Origin: Flavobacteriales bacterium
Lineage (GTDB): Bacteria; Bacteroidota; Bacteroidia; Flavobacteriales_C; GCA-002722245
Assembly (NCBI GenBank): GCA_046074525.1
Contig: JBJTOK010000030.1
Coordinates: 4,845 to 68,844 of the forward strand
DNA length: 64,000 nucleotides
Reading direction: 5' to 3'
In this document: positions 10,681 through 20,284 of the stretch, in pieces
Layout: every line of letters begins with the position of its first letter
Numbering within the stretch: position 1 is the stretch's first letter
The notes under the pieces: model-generated
Databases searched by the model: none
Told to the model about the DNA's origin: nothing
Seen by the model: the letters and a program-made list of their open reading frames with translations, nothing else
Translations under genes and position numbers: made by a program

Positions 10681-10812
10681 TTACTCATAGCCACTATTAA
10701 TCTCGCTCAGTATATTTCTCGAAGCCCTTTGAGGGTGATGTTTCCCTTGATAATCGTTCCCCAGCGAGAACAATTCCAACAGTTTGATGATCAGTGTTTT
10801 CATGCGTTCCAT
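10681..10812 (-). CDS. Possible unannotated 43-aa small protein MERMKTLIIKLLELFSLGNDYQGKHHPQRASRNILSEINSGYE
   Basis: Translated by hand; ATG preceded by an A-rich leader; fills the gap between the GT gene and purL. Confidence 0.35.
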   Translation of the reverse strand: MERMKTLIIKLLELFSLGNDYQGKHHPQRASRNILSEINSGYE

Positions 10813-10924
10813 TTTATATCAATACGTGCTTGGAATTCGCCTTATTGCACGGGCGTATAAATAACTTTTAAACACCCTCTTTTTTCTCGGGAACAATAGT
10901 TATTTTTACGCTTTCTTGAAAATT

Positions 10925-13165
10925 ATGCAAACAAAAACAGCTCAACCTGCCGTTACTCTGGAAGTCGCGAAATCCGTAGGACTCCTTGAAAGTGAATTCG
11001 AAAAAATCAAATCAATATTAGGGCGTGAACCTAACTTCACTGAACTGAGTATTTTCTCGGTAATGTGGTCGGAACACTGCTCATACAAAAACTCCATCAA
11101 GTGGCTCAAAACCTTGCCACGTAAAGGAAGCAGGATGCTGGTGGAAGCCGGTGAGGAAAATGCGGGCTTGGTGGATATCGGTGAAGGATTGGCCTGCTGT
11201 TTCAAAATAGAATCGCACAATCACCCTTCTGCATTGGAGCCTTACCAAGGGGCTGCAACTGGAGTGGGGGGTATCAACAGAGATATTTTTACAATGGGTG
11301 CGCGCCCTGTAGCCCAGCTCAATTCCCTCCGTTTCGGAAACATTGATTTACCTAGAACAAAATGGCTCGTGAAGGGTGTTGTTTCAGGTATAGGTCACTA
11401 CGGAAATGCTTTCGGTATTCCGGTAGTGGGTGGCGAAGTTTTCTTCGACGATTGCTACAACCAAAATCCACTGGTAAACGCCATGTCGGCGGGAATCATG
11501 AAAGTTGGTGAGACCATTTCAGCGATCTCCAAAGGCGTTGGAAATCCAGTGTTTATCGTTGGTTCAGCAACAGGTAAAGATGGAATTCACGGAGCTACTT
11601 TCGCATCGGAAGACATTACTGAAGATTCTGAAGATAAAATCCCTGCTGTTCAGGTGGGTGATCCTTTCCAGGAAAAATTGTTACTGGAAGCTTCATTGGA
11701 ATTGATTAAAACTGGTGCCGTAGTAGGTATGCAGGATATGGGAGCAGCAGGTATAACCTGTTCTACTTCTGAAATGAGCGCCAAAGGTGAACATGGGATG
11801 GAAGTGCATCTGAACAAAGTTCCGATGCGCCAGGCGAATATGGAGCCTTTTGAAATCTTGTTGTCTGAGTCGCAAGAGCGTATGCTCGTTGTGGTGCACA
11901 AAGGCAGAGAAAAAGAAGTGCTCGATATTTTTGAAAAATGGGATTTGAACTGCGTTGAAATCGGGAAAGTAACCGAGGGCAACCGACTGAAATATTATTT
12001 CCACGGCGAACTTGTAGCCGATGTGCCTGCGGGTGACTTAGTGTTGGGTGGTGGCGCTCCGGTATACGACAGGGAATACAAGGAACCTGCGTATTATGCC
12101 GAATCCAAGAAGTTCAATATCGATCAGGTGAAAGAACCTTTAAACCTTCAGGAAGTGGCCGAAAAGATGATCAACCTGCCTAACATCGCATCTAAGAGAT
12201 GGGTGATTGAGCAGTACGATTCTATGGTGGGAACAGGAAATATGAGTACGAATTGTCCGACTGATGCGGGCATTTTCAATATCAAAGGAACCAACAAAGC
12301 ATTGGCGTTAACAGTAGATTGCAACTCACGTTACGTAAATGCCGATCCTGAAATTGGTACTGCCATTGCAGTTTCCGAGGCAGCAAGAAACATCGTGGTA
12401 TCGGGCGGTGAGCCTACAGCCATCACCAACTGCCTTAACTTTGGAAATCCATACGTGCCTGAAGTTTACTGGCAATTCGTTGGTGCTATTAAAGGGATGG
12501 GCGCTGCCTGTACAAAATTTGGTACTCCGGTGACCGGCGGTAACGTATCTTTCTACAACCAATCGAATATCGATGGAAAAGTAATACCTGTTTTCCCAAC
12601 GCCAACCATCGGTATGCTGGGCGTGGTAGACGATAAGAGCAACATCACTACCTTGTCTTTCCAGAAAAAAGGAGATTTGATTTTCTTGCTTGGTAAATCC
12701 GTTGATGATATTTCTTCATCAGAATACCTTGCAAATATCCAGGGCGTGAAACTTTCACCAGCGCCGTATTTCAACCTCGATGAAGAATACGAATTGCAGC
12801 AAACAGTGAAAAAACTCATCCAGGCCGATGTGCTGGAATCGGCTCACGACGTGGCCGATGGTGGGTTATTCATCGCCTTGTTTGAATCTTGCTTGCAGTA
12901 TGAATTAGGTTTTGATGTTACATTGCCTATCGAGTTCCGCAGAGATGCTTTCCTCTTTGGTGAAGCACAATCGAGAGTAGTAGTATCTATCAGTGAAGAA
13001 AATCATGATGCCTTCCTTAAGTTATTGGACGATTCAAAAGTTCCGCATACTTTGCTTGGCCATGTGACTAAAGGAGAATTGAGGGTGGATGACGAAAGTT
13101 ACGGCTTTATCGATGAGTTGAAACCTCAGTTCCAGAACGCTTTGGGCGATAAACTGAACAATTAA
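10925..13165 (+). CDS. purL: Phosphoribosylformylglycinamidine synthase subunit PurL (small type, needs PurQ/PurS)
   Basis: [24 protein letters not shown] and LSESQERM motifs; no glutaminase domain. Confidence 0.97.
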   Translation: MQTKTAQPAVTLEVAKSVGLLESEFEKIKSILGREPNFTELSIFSVMWSEHCSYKNSIKWLKTLPRKGSRMLVEAGEENAGLVDIGEGLACCFKIESHNHPSALEPYQGAATGVGGINRDIFTMGARPVAQLNSLRFGNIDLPRTKWLVKGVVSGIGHYGNAFGIPVVGGEVFFDDCYNQNPLVNAMSAGIMKVGETISAISKGVGNPVFIVGSATGKDGIHGATFASEDITEDSEDKIPAVQVGDPFQEKLLLEASLELIKTGAVVGMQDMGAAGITCSTSEMSAKGEHGMEVHLNKVPMRQANMEPFEILLSESQERMLVVVHKGREKEVLDIFEKWDLNCVEIGKVTEGNRLKYYFHGELVADVPAGDLVLGGGAPVYDREYKEPAYYAESKKFNIDQVKEPLNLQEVAEKMINLPNIASKRWVIEQYDSMVGTGNMSTNCPTDAGIFNIKGTNKALALTVDCNSRYVNADPEIGTAIAVSEAARNIVVSGGEPTAITNCLNFGNPYVPEVYWQFVGAIKGMGAACTKFGTPVTGGNVSFYNQSNIDGKVIPVFPTPTIGMLGVVDDKSNITTLSFQKKGDLIFLLGKSVDDISSSEYLANIQGVKLSPAPYFNLDEEYELQQTVKKLIQADVLESAHDVADGGLFIALFESCLQYELGFDVTLPIEFRRDAFLFGEAQSRVVVSISEENHDAFLKLLDDSKVPHTLLGHVTKGELRVDDESYGFIDELKPQFQNALGDKLNN

Positions 13166-13176
13166 TAAGTCATACT

Positions 13177-13875
13177 ATGAAAAATAAGTTTTGGCTGCTC
13201 GGCTTGTGTCTAGTTGTATTGGCTTCCTGCAAAAAGGAAAGTCAGGATGATGATAAAAAAGACGAGGACAACAACGTCACTTGTGATAAAGTGTGGACAG
13301 TCAAAACTTCAGTAGGTGCAACGGTTAGCGCATCCATCGCCGATGGAGCCCTTGCTTTGTCTTCTACCAATACGGCATCAGGGTTGGTGCCACTCACCGT
13401 TTATCAAAATGGCATTAGCGGTGATTTTGAGTTAACTTTTTCTTTTGAAAATTTCCAGTCGGTTAGCGGTGCAGGTGGCTATATTCAACTCGCCGTTACT
13501 GATACTTTAGGCAGCACGGGTAACAGGTGCACAGCGGGTATCGGTACTTTGCCTGTCACCGGCATCAGTGCCGTTGTGGATTCTACAGGAGGCGACAATT
13601 CTCATATTGTTATTAAAAACAGCACTTCTACCAGTGGTTCCTTCAATATGAAAAGAGTGGGTAGCCTGATAACAGTGACCACCATCGCGGGCACAGATAC
13701 TGCAAAAGTGAGTTCTTCTTTTTCCACGAAAGCCTTGCAATTTGGCTTTCAGCTGGGCAACAGCAATGTTGCAGCGGTGAGTGGAGTAACGTCTATCAAG
13801 ATCACCGACTTCACCATTGTCAATGGTGGAGGTACAGTGAAATCTGATAAATTCGATTGCTCTTCGCTGAAATAA
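13177..13875 (+). CDS. Hypothetical lipoprotein (Ser/Thr-rich, beta-rich)
   Basis: Lipobox LASC followed by a K-rich/acidic export signal. Confidence 0.7.
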   Translation: MKNKFWLLGLCLVVLASCKKESQDDDKKDEDNNVTCDKVWTVKTSVGATVSASIADGALALSSTNTASGLVPLTVYQNGISGDFELTFSFENFQSVSGAGGYIQLAVTDTLGSTGNRCTAGIGTLPVTGISAVVDSTGGDNSHIVIKNSTSTSGSFNMKRVGSLITVTTIAGTDTAKVSSSFSTKALQFGFQLGNSNVAAVSGVTSIKITDFTIVNGGGTVKSDKFDCSSLK

Positions 13876-13921
13876 AGATACTTTTGCTGAGCTGCAGGGT
13901 CCTAATTAATTGATGTTGTAC

Positions 13922-16900
13922 ATGAAAAAGTTTATCCTTCTTACCTTTTCCATTCTTTTACTTTTTGTTTTTTGTGCACAGGCACAGACTTCCACAGTTG
14001 AAAATACGCTTCTCTGGCGTATCAGCGGTAAAGGAGTGAAAACTTCTTATTTATATGGAACCATGCACGTTCGTGATGCGCGTGCTTTTGACTTTGCCGA
14101 TTCGGTGCTCGTCGCTTTCGGTAGTTGTGAAAGCTACGCTACCGAAGTCCACCCCGACAGTTTGAACCAGATTCTCTTTGGTACACTGGAAAAAAAACTC
14201 AGCAAAAAATTTTTTGACGATTACGACGACGATGATTTCATCAATAGTTTAGGTAAAGAAAAATACGATGAAATTGACCGCAAAATGCAGCGGGAATCAG
14301 GTATCAGTCTGAACCAGCTCAAAAGTAAAAATCCGCGCTACATCCGCTCTCTGTTGAGCGAAGTGGAAAATGAAAAAGATTCTAAACCGGTTTTTCTCGA
14401 CCTCTATCTTTTTGATATGGCCGGTGGTGAAAACAAAACGGTTTACGGACTGGAATCGATGCAGGGCACGCAAAAAACGCTCTCCGCATTGAAGCTGAGC
14501 ACCCGTGAGCATTACGAAATGGAAGTAGGGGCGATAGATAAAATCCGCTCTATGGAAAACCTCATTAATTATTACCATGATAATGATTTACAGGCGGTGG
14601 AGGAATTGTTCAACGACACTACCTTATTTGATTTGCAGTACAGAAAAGTATTGCTCGATAACAGGAATGTCATCATGGCGCACAGCATTGATACGATCAT
14701 TCACCAGAAAAGCAGTTTTATTGCAGTGGGTTGTGCGCATTTACCAGGTCAATATGGACTCATTACTTTGCTTCGCAAGATGGGATTCACTGTTGAGCCT
14801 GTTATGCCTGCGAGAACCGGAAAAGCAGCGGTTTATCCTATTAAATTGCGTGAGCTGGAATGGCAGGACATGAAGGATACACTTTCCGGTTACACCATTA
14901 GCTATCCCGGAAAACCTTATCCGGTGAAGGTTCCATACACTGCTTCTGATATGTATTGCTATAATGATCTGGGCAAGGGTATTGTATTGTTCAGCTACGG
15001 TATCGTTTCAGGAAAAGACGACAATTCCCTGAGTGAAAAAGTACTGATGCGAATGGTGAAGCAGAAATCGGGGAAGATCCTGCTGAAGAAAAATATCACT
15101 GTTCAAAAAAAAGAAGCGCTCTATGCCGAATTGGAAATGAGTGGCTATCAGTACAAAATTGTGCTGCTTAATAATGAAGGCGTACTGTATATGCTCATGG
15201 GAGGCGCAGAAGATGAACAGCTCACTGCAGGCTTGTTTCAGAAGTTCGTCGATTCGTTCAGGTTTAGTGAAATGGCACGTAAAGACTGGACTGATTATTC
15301 TTCCGAGCGTGATGCCTTTGCAGTGCGTTTTCCCGGTACGCCTACCATGCGCGAAATGGATGCTTCCAACATGAAAGTGCGCATGTACCTGTCGAGTAAC
15401 CAATCGGCTAACGCAGCCTACATTGTACAATGCATGGATCTTGACAATGGCAAGTACAACAGCGATGATTCACTGATGCTAAAGACCATTGGCGACAATG
15501 TTGCTGCGAGCTTAGGGAAAGTGAAAATCTCTTCTGACAGATATGGAAGCATTGGTGACTATCCGGCGCGATTTATCGATATAGAGACGAAATCCATCAA
15601 CTACCGTTTTGTCAATATTTTACGTCTTAATAGAATTTACAATCTCATCATTACTTATAGTGGGGCGAACAAGGATGAAACCGATGCCTTTATTTCTTCT
15701 TTTTCCTTTGCTCCTTTTGCTGAACCGCAATCACATAAAATTTCGGATGAAGGCTTGCCTTTTAGTTTGAGTGTACCATTTAAGGCCGATGCCGACACCA
15801 CCCGATATAATGATAAAGGCGTGCTGGAAGAATATTCCTGGGAAGGCAACGACGAAAACAGTTCGGGTTTGTACATGGTGAATTACAGAAAATACTCCTC
15901 GCTGTATTCCTTAAGCGATAGCGCTTTTCAGGCAATGATCAAGGAGATGTACGTAGAGGAAAATGATTCACTGGTTTCCGAAAAAAAGACGGAATTGACA
16001 GGCGCTGTGCGCTACGATTTCATGTTCGATATTCCTAGCAGCCATGTCCGTAAAAAAACAGCACACATCCTGAAAGGAAATGTATTGTTATCGACGGTGG
16101 TCTATTACGTTCCTGAACAAAGTACTTCACCAGCTTTTGCTGATTTTGTCAATGATGTTACTTTCAACGATAAGCTGATTACAGGCAATCTTTTCAGCGA
16201 TAAGAAAGAAGCATTGAAAAAAGAATTGACCAAGCCTACGCTGAAAGCGGAAGAAATTAAGAAATCGATTGAAACAACAGAATGGAAAGACGAGGACAGT
16301 GATTTCCTGGTGTCGCTGCTTTCCAAAAAATATGAAGATGACAGTCTGGATTATTATTCCGTAAAGACCGAGCTTTATGCGGCTTTGAAAGAGATAGACC
16401 ATAAGAAAGTAACGCCGAAGCTGCAGAAAATGTACCAGGGCTTGAGTAATAGTGACAGAAAACGTGCATTGAGATATTTGGCTTCGACAAAGGAGATGGA
16501 GGCACTTACTTTCATGAAAGAAGCCCTGCTCAATCATTCTGTTTCGTATTCCCAGGCCTATGAATTCAGCGGACTATTGTATGAGTTTAATGATTCTGTG
16601 GAGTTGGTGCAAAAGATATATCCGGCTTTGTTGCCTTTGATTACCGATACCTTCACCTGTCGTTCCATGTATTCTACCTATAGACTGGCACTAGACAGCG
16701 GGTGGATCAATCTGTCGGATTTCAGTGCTTACAGTAGTGATATCCAGAAAAGGTTTATGGAAGATATCAATGAAGTTCTCGCGCAAAAAGATGTGGATCC
16801 GGAAGCTTATATTCCTTATTGGCTTAGTAATGGCGTGGATCTCGTGTATGCTTTGCAGTTGCACAATGAAAGCATCAATGCTAAAGTAAAAGACGTTGCC

Positions 16901-17404
16901 ACTAGTTACAGTGATGATGATTTCAACTATCACATGGTAAAGGAATTTCTCATCGCCGGATTGCCGCTGGAAGAGAAAACAAAGACAAGTATATTCAATA
17001 ACCAGTTTTATCAGTACGATATGTTTTTCGCATTGTATGCAAAGAATAAACATCAGCTATTGCCTGCGAAATACCAGGATTCCCTGCTGCTTGCCGAAAG
17101 TGAACTGTTTGTGGAATTGAATTATGAATATGAATTCACGCCTGATGATATGCGTTTCGTGAAGAAAAAAACCATTGAGTATGAAGGCGGGCAGGTGGAT
17201 GTCTATCTTTTCAAGATTCTCGTGAAAGATACTGATGCGAAATTCTGGTATTACGGCATCTCAGGAGGCTATGAAAAAAATAATTTCCGCGGAGGAAGGA
17301 AGGTCTATCTCACGGGGATGGACTGGTCTACCGACAAAGAATTGAAAGGCTTAAAAGAAGAAGAAATCATTGATCGTCTTGTTTATCCCGATAAATATTA
17401 TTGA
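13922..17404 (+). CDS. TraB/GumN-family protein with a long multidomain C-terminal extension
   Basis: LLWRISG, SYLYGTMH, GLES, RNVIM and FIAVGCAHL motifs; signal peptide. Confidence 0.85.
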   Translation: MKKFILLTFSILLLFVFCAQAQTSTVENTLLWRISGKGVKTSYLYGTMHVRDARAFDFADSVLVAFGSCESYATEVHPDSLNQILFGTLEKKLSKKFFDDYDDDDFINSLGKEKYDEIDRKMQRESGISLNQLKSKNPRYIRSLLSEVENEKDSKPVFLDLYLFDMAGGENKTVYGLESMQGTQKTLSALKLSTREHYEMEVGAIDKIRSMENLINYYHDNDLQAVEELFNDTTLFDLQYRKVLLDNRNVIMAHSIDTIIHQKSSFIAVGCAHLPGQYGLITLLRKMGFTVEPVMPARTGKAAVYPIKLRELEWQDMKDTLSGYTISYPGKPYPVKVPYTASDMYCYNDLGKGIVLFSYGIVSGKDDNSLSEKVLMRMVKQKSGKILLKKNITVQKKEALYAELEMSGYQYKIVLLNNEGVLYMLMGGAEDEQLTAGLFQKFVDSFRFSEMARKDWTDYSSERDAFAVRFPGTPTMREMDASNMKVRMYLSSNQSANAAYIVQCMDLDNGKYNSDDSLMLKTIGDNVAASLGKVKISSDRYGSIGDYPARFIDIETKSINYRFVNILRLNRIYNLIITYSGANKDETDAFISSFSFAPFAEPQSHKISDEGLPFSLSVPFKADADTTRYNDKGVLEEYSWEGNDENSSGLYMVNYRKYSSLYSLSDSAFQAMIKEMYVEENDSLVSEKKTELTGAVRYDFMFDIPSSHVRKKTAHILKGNVLLSTVVYYVPEQSTSPAFADFVNDVTFNDKLITGNLFSDKKEALKKELTKPTLKAEEIKKSIETTEWKDEDSDFLVSLLSKKYEDDSLDYYSVKTELYAALKEIDHKKVTPKLQKMYQGLSNSDRKRALRYLASTKEMEALTFMKEALLNHSVSYSQAYEFSGLLYEFNDSVELVQKIYPALLPLITDTFTCRSMYSTYRLALDSGWINLSDFSAYSSDIQKRFMEDINEVLAQKDVDPEAYIPYWLSNGVDLVYALQLHNESINAKVKDVATSYSDDDFNYHMVKEFLIAGLPLEEKTKTSIFNNQFYQYDMFFALYAKNKHQLLPAKYQDSLLLAESELFVELNYEYEFTPDDMRFVKKKTIEYEGGQVDVYLFKILVKDTDAKFWYYGISGGYEKNNFRGGRKVYLTGMDWSTDKELKGLKEEEIIDRLVYPDKYY

Positions 17405-17405
17405 T

Positions 17406-17963
17406 ATGGAAACAGCCAGCAGCACCCGTCGCATATACAATCCTATACAAAAGGACTATGTTACTTTCCTCAAAACTTCTGATGAAACCAACGGACAATG
17501 TACATTGGTTGAAGTGGAACTCGCGCCGCAAGGTGGAGTAGGAGTACATTTCCATAAAACTTATTCTGAAAAATTCGATTGCCTTGAAGGGGAATTGAAG
17601 GTACAGCTGGGCAAAAAAAATCACACGCTTATGCCGTCGCAAAGCGCTGTGGCCGAGCCTTACATCAATCATCGTTTTTTTAATACTTCTGATAAGGTTT
17701 GTAAATTCCGTGTAGAGCTTCGTCCGGCCAGTAAAGGCTTTGAGCAAGCTTTGCAAATCGGTTATGGTTTGGCGCAGGATGGTTTGACAAAGAAAAATGG
17801 CTTTCCTAAGGATAAGCTGGCGCTCGCCTGGCTCTTCGATATCAGTGAAAGTAATTTGCCTGGCTGGATGAGTGTTTTTGAATGGATATTGAGGAAGCAA
17901 TCTAAAAAGGCTGTGGAGAAAGGGGTTGATAAAAAGTTGATTGAGAAGTATGTGAGATTTTAA
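17406..17963 (+). CDS. Cupin domain protein
   Basis: HFHKTYSEKF..LEGEL and HRFFN metal-binding motifs; ATG just after the upstream stop. Confidence 0.85.
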   Translation: METASSTRRIYNPIQKDYVTFLKTSDETNGQCTLVEVELAPQGGVGVHFHKTYSEKFDCLEGELKVQLGKKNHTLMPSQSAVAEPYINHRFFNTSDKVCKFRVELRPASKGFEQALQIGYGLAQDGLTKKNGFPKDKLALAWLFDISESNLPGWMSVFEWILRKQSKKAVEKGVDKKLIEKYVRF

Positions 17964-18823
17964 AACAACACCTTGCATTGTGGCATCAGCGCCCTCAATA
18001 TTTCAATTTCACCTGCCGGGATTTTGTTGCCCCGTAAATCAAGTATTTCCAGGTTTTTCATGCTGGCCAGCGTTTCGGGAGCTGAGGTGAGGAGGTTGTC
18101 CTTCAGCGACAGTGATTTCAATTCCTGCATTTCAAATAAGGCTTCTGGTAAGGTTTCTATCTTATTGCCTTCCAGCACCAGCGTCTGTAATTCTTTCAGA
18201 TTGCTTATCATCATGGAGATTTTCCTGATTTTACATGACACCAGATACACTTCTTTGAGATGGACACAATTGGTTACTGTGCGTGGAAAGCCCATCAGAT
18301 TGGTATTGTAGATGGTCAGTGATTTCAACTGCGGAAGCTGAGAAAGTACTGAGCTTACGCGAAATGTATCGGCTTCATTGCTTTGTATTTCCAGGGTGTG
18401 CAGACTTTGCAGGCCAATCATTTCTTTGGGCAAACTATCCAAAGAGGTTTGAAAAAGCTTTAATACCAATAAATTCCGCCATCCGCCGATTTCTGCAGGC
18501 AGGAGCTGCAAAGGATTTTGTCCGCTCTGGAAGTAAAGCAAACTATTCAAAATACCAATTTCGGCAGGTAAATGGGTGAGGTTGTTGTTTTGCAATACAA
18601 GCACCTGTAAATGACTAAGCTTATCAATTCTTCCTATGTCTTTGCTCAAATCCTGGTTATCCGCTTTCAGTTTGTAAACCTCATCTTCAGATTTCATAGC
18701 TTCTGTAAAGGATTCAAACGTTTTGGTTTGAAAGGGTCCGTATTTTTCAAAAGGGTTTTCGGCTTCCTGCGCATGCGCGCAAGATGCCAGCAAACTAAAA
18801 ATGAGGAGCAGATGCTGTTTCAT
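17960..18823 (-). CDS. Secreted leucine-rich repeat protein
   Basis: Repeated LxxLxLxxNxLxxLPxxI units; signal peptide. Confidence 0.9.
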   Translation of the reverse strand: MKQHLLLIFSLLASCAHAQEAENPFEKYGPFQTKTFESFTEAMKSEDEVYKLKADNQDLSKDIGRIDKLSHLQVLVLQNNNLTHLPAEIGILNSLLYFQSGQNPLQLLPAEIGGWRNLLVLKLFQTSLDSLPKEMIGLQSLHTLEIQSNEADTFRVSSVLSQLPQLKSLTIYNTNLMGFPRTVTNCVHLKEVYLVSCKIRKISMMISNLKELQTLVLEGNKIETLPEALFEMQELKSLSLKDNLLTSAPETLASMKNLEILDLRGNKIPAGEIEILRALMPQCKVLF

Positions 18824-18949
18824 GAGACCCTTAATTTAATAAGTTCTTAACACATTCCGTTTAAATAATTTTGCCAGGTACTTACAGGAAAAATAATTTG
18901 CTTCCCTATTTTTGATTTGCGTAAATTGCACAAATTTCATTAAGTACCC

Positions 18950-19813
18950 ATGAGACAGCTGAAAATTACCAAGTCTATTACCAACAGGGATAGCATTACA
19001 TTAGATAAGTACTTACAGGAGATTGGTAAAGTGACTCTCATTTCATCTGAAGAAGAAGTTGAGTTAGCTGTGAAGATCAGGAATGGGGATACAGAAGCTC
19101 TGGAGCGCCTCACTACCGCCAACCTCCGTTTCGTGGTTTCTGTGGCGAAACAATATCAGAATCAAGGCTTGTCTCTTCCCGATTTAATTAACGAAGGGAA
19201 TCTCGGTTTGATCAAAGCTGCACAAAGATTTGATGAAACAAGAGGTTTTAAATTTATATCCTACGCCGTTTGGTGGATCCGCCAGTCGATTATTGCTGCT
19301 ATTGCTGATCAAAGCCGTATGGTGCGTTTGCCTCTGAACAAAGTGGGCAACCTTACAAAAATCAAAAAAGGGATCTCTGACCTGGAACAAAGACTGGAGA
19401 GAGAGCCAACAGTAGAAGAAATTGCCGAGGCGGTAGAAATGGAGATTGACGAAGTTGTAGGTGCTATCAGCATCTCTGGCCGTCATACTTCGCTTGACGC
19501 GCCTTTCCAGGAAGGGGAAGACCACGGTTTGATTGACATTATTCAAAACGATGATTCACCAACTGCCGACAGGAAACTGATTTCCGAGTCACTGCATGCT
19601 GAGATACAAAGATCACTCTCTACATTGACCGAGCGTGAAGCCGACGTTTTAAGAATGTTTTTCGGTATCGGATTGCCCCACGCCTATACGCTGGAGGAGA
19701 TTGGTAACAAGCACGGACTTACAAGGGAACGCGTGCGACAGATTAAGGAAAAGGCTATTCGCCGACTGAAACATCACACCAAGAGTAAATTGTTAAGATC
19801 TTACTTGGGTTAG
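18950..19813 (+). CDS. rpoD: RNA polymerase sigma factor, RpoD/SigA family (Bacteroidota type without region 1.1)
   Basis: [40 protein letters not shown] and TRERVRQI motifs; primary factor versus paralog not resolved. Confidence 0.9.
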   Translation: MRQLKITKSITNRDSITLDKYLQEIGKVTLISSEEEVELAVKIRNGDTEALERLTTANLRFVVSVAKQYQNQGLSLPDLINEGNLGLIKAAQRFDETRGFKFISYAVWWIRQSIIAAIADQSRMVRLPLNKVGNLTKIKKGISDLEQRLEREPTVEEIAEAVEMEIDEVVGAISISGRHTSLDAPFQEGEDHGLIDIIQNDDSPTADRKLISESLHAEIQRSLSTLTEREADVLRMFFGIGLPHAYTLEEIGNKHGLTRERVRQIKEKAIRRLKHHTKSKLLRSYLG

Positions 19814-19832
19814 CCCATAATTAAATTTCCTG

Positions 19833-19866
19833 AAAAGCCGGTCGTTCAGCAACGATCGGCTTTTTT
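19833..19866 (+). terminator. Intrinsic terminator of rpoD
   Basis: AAAAGCCGGTCGTT-cagc-AACGATCGGCTTTT followed by a T tract. Confidence 0.85.
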
Positions 19867-20045
19867 ACTTAGTTGCATATACGTAAAAAGACGTATTCTT
19901 ATGATTCTCACTATCAGTATTTTGTGTGTTTTTATCTACGGAAACGAAATAATTGCAAAACGAATCATTCTTGAAAACATTATGCTTTAAAAATCGTTTC
20001 TTTCCTAGAAAAATTGGGCTCTGAATAAAAAAACTTAAAAAAAAA

Positions 20046-20078
20046 TTTGCATTCATAAGGAAACGTAGTGTACATTTG
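20046..20078 (+). promoter_or_regulatory. Bacteroidota housekeeping promoter (-33 TTTG / -7 TAnnTTTG)
   Basis: TTTG at 20046-20049, 21-nt spacer, TACATTTG at 20071-20078. Confidence 0.7.
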
Positions 20079-20082
20079 CGCC

Positions 20083-20247
20083 ACTAGGTTAAAGTTGTAA
20101 GGCACTTTATGTTTTCAGACCGAAATCGTTCTTTCTATTACTCAAGTTGTAAGCTAAATAATAGGCTGAAATGAATAGTGTCTTATAAAGTTGTTTATTG
20201 TTTTTATCCCTCTAAAAAGCCACCTGCCCCACAGGTGGCTTTTTTTT
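20083..20247 (+). ncRNA. Candidate structured small RNA (~165 nt)
   Basis: Lies between a consensus promoter and a strong terminator; long stem with G:U pairs; no convincing ORF. Confidence 0.5.
20214..20247 (+). terminator. Intrinsic terminator
   Basis: AAAAAGCCACCTG-cccca-CAGGTGGCTTTTT followed by T8. Confidence 0.85.
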
Positions 20248-20284
20248 AAACTATTTTCTTCTGCCTTAGTCTTACCTTTAACTT

